From Bilabrum cf. latius (lineage: Eukaryota), in assembly GCA_965178125.1 (NCBI GenBank), contig OZ237739.1:1426001-1490000 (forward strand): a stretch of 64,000 bases of DNA. The letters are read 5' to 3'. How positions within the stretch are numbered: the stretch's first letter is position 1; every line of letters begins with the position of its first letter. Made by a program: the position numbers and the translations under genes. This document shows positions 63,439 to 64,000 of the stretch, in pieces. Under the pieces are notes generated by a model. It was not told the origin of the DNA, did no database searches, and saw only the letters and a program-made list of their open reading frames with translations.

Positions 63439-64000
63439 TCAGTCCCTCCCTCCCCCATCCGCATTCGCCTTCATCTGCCTCCGGACCTCGTCTTCACCGA
63501 GCCCCTCCACCTCCCGCTCGCTCAGCGGTGCCTCCCCTCGGATCTTGCGCTTCGCATTCAGGCGGTGCTGCGTGCTGCGGAAATGAGCGCGGAACCCTGC
63601 CGAGTCCGCGAAACCCACGTGGCACGTGCCGCAGCTGAACTTGGACGCGGCCGCTGCAGCAGCGGTGGCAGTTGCGTCCGGTGCTGCTTCTGGAGCTGGC
63701 GCTGGCGCTGCTGCCGCACGGTCTGCGTCTGCGTCCGATGCAAGCGCCCCGGCATCGCTCGATGAGGGGCCATCCGGCCCCTCCCCATACGCCCACAGCA
63801 CGGCCCGACCCCTGGCCGCACCTGCATCCACATCTGCGCCCATGCCCACGCCCATGCCTCCAGTGGCAGACCCGCTGCCGTCAGCCGCCGCCCCCACCAC
63901 ACTTGCCTCCACCACCTCCACGCCCGCAACCGGGGCACTGCCCGTGCCCGCCACCGCGTCCAGCCACCCTCCCCCCCGGGCACAGCCCCTGGCCATCGCC
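63439..64000 (-). CDS. 3' end of a gene running off the window, with a C-terminal C2H2/U1-type zinc finger (Rei1/ZNF622, ANKZF1 or plant-type SBDS class)
   Basis: FSCGTCHVGFADSAGFRAHFRSTQHRLNAKRKIRGEAPLSE. Ends TGA 63439-63441. Confidence 0.65.
   Translation of the reverse strand, partial: AMARGCARGGGWLDAVAGTGSAPVAGVEVVEASVVGAAADGSGSATGGMGVGMGADVDAGAARGRAVLWAYGEGPDGPSSSDAGALASDADADRAAAAPAPAPEAAPDATATAAAAAASKFSCGTCHVGFADSAGFRAHFRSTQHRLNAKRKIRGEAPLSEREVEGLGEDEVRRQMKANADGGGRD

Noticed and set aside
1-64000. tRNA-Gln(CUA), other tRNA or rRNA genes, or an endogenous virophage or giant-virus segment
   Set aside because: I saw no cloverleaf, rRNA-like sequence or long AT-rich viral gene block by eye. 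A covariance-model search was not possible.

Overview
Gene-dense, intron-poor, GC-rich eukaryotic nuclear DNA from a protist. The protein style suggests a Cafeteria-like stramenopile, but I cannot confirm the taxon from sequence alone. The main result is a non-standard nuclear genetic code: UAG is read as a sense codon, almost certainly Gln, while UGA and UAA remain stops. The supplied standard-code ORF track is therefore fragmented. Reading TAG as Q joins the fragments into about 18 coherent genes: cyclophilin H, a PTEN-like phosphatase with a PH domain, threonine dehydrogenase, a secreted kelch protein, STI1/HOP, a glycosyltransferase-like protein, a METTL20-like methyltransferase, ADI1, a 3647-aa low-complexity protein, a 4-copy tandem array of single-TM proteins, and two giant paralogues of about 2850 and 3100 aa. 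The two giants share the architecture TM cluster / degenerate cyclase-like / TM cluster / degenerate cyclase-like / split AGC-type kinase. One of them is interrupted by a 2.5-kb ORF-bearing insertion. A 3.3-kb element with perfect 45-bp terminal inverted repeats and a decayed third kinase fragment lie between the two paralogues. All translations and counts were done by hand; no searches were run.
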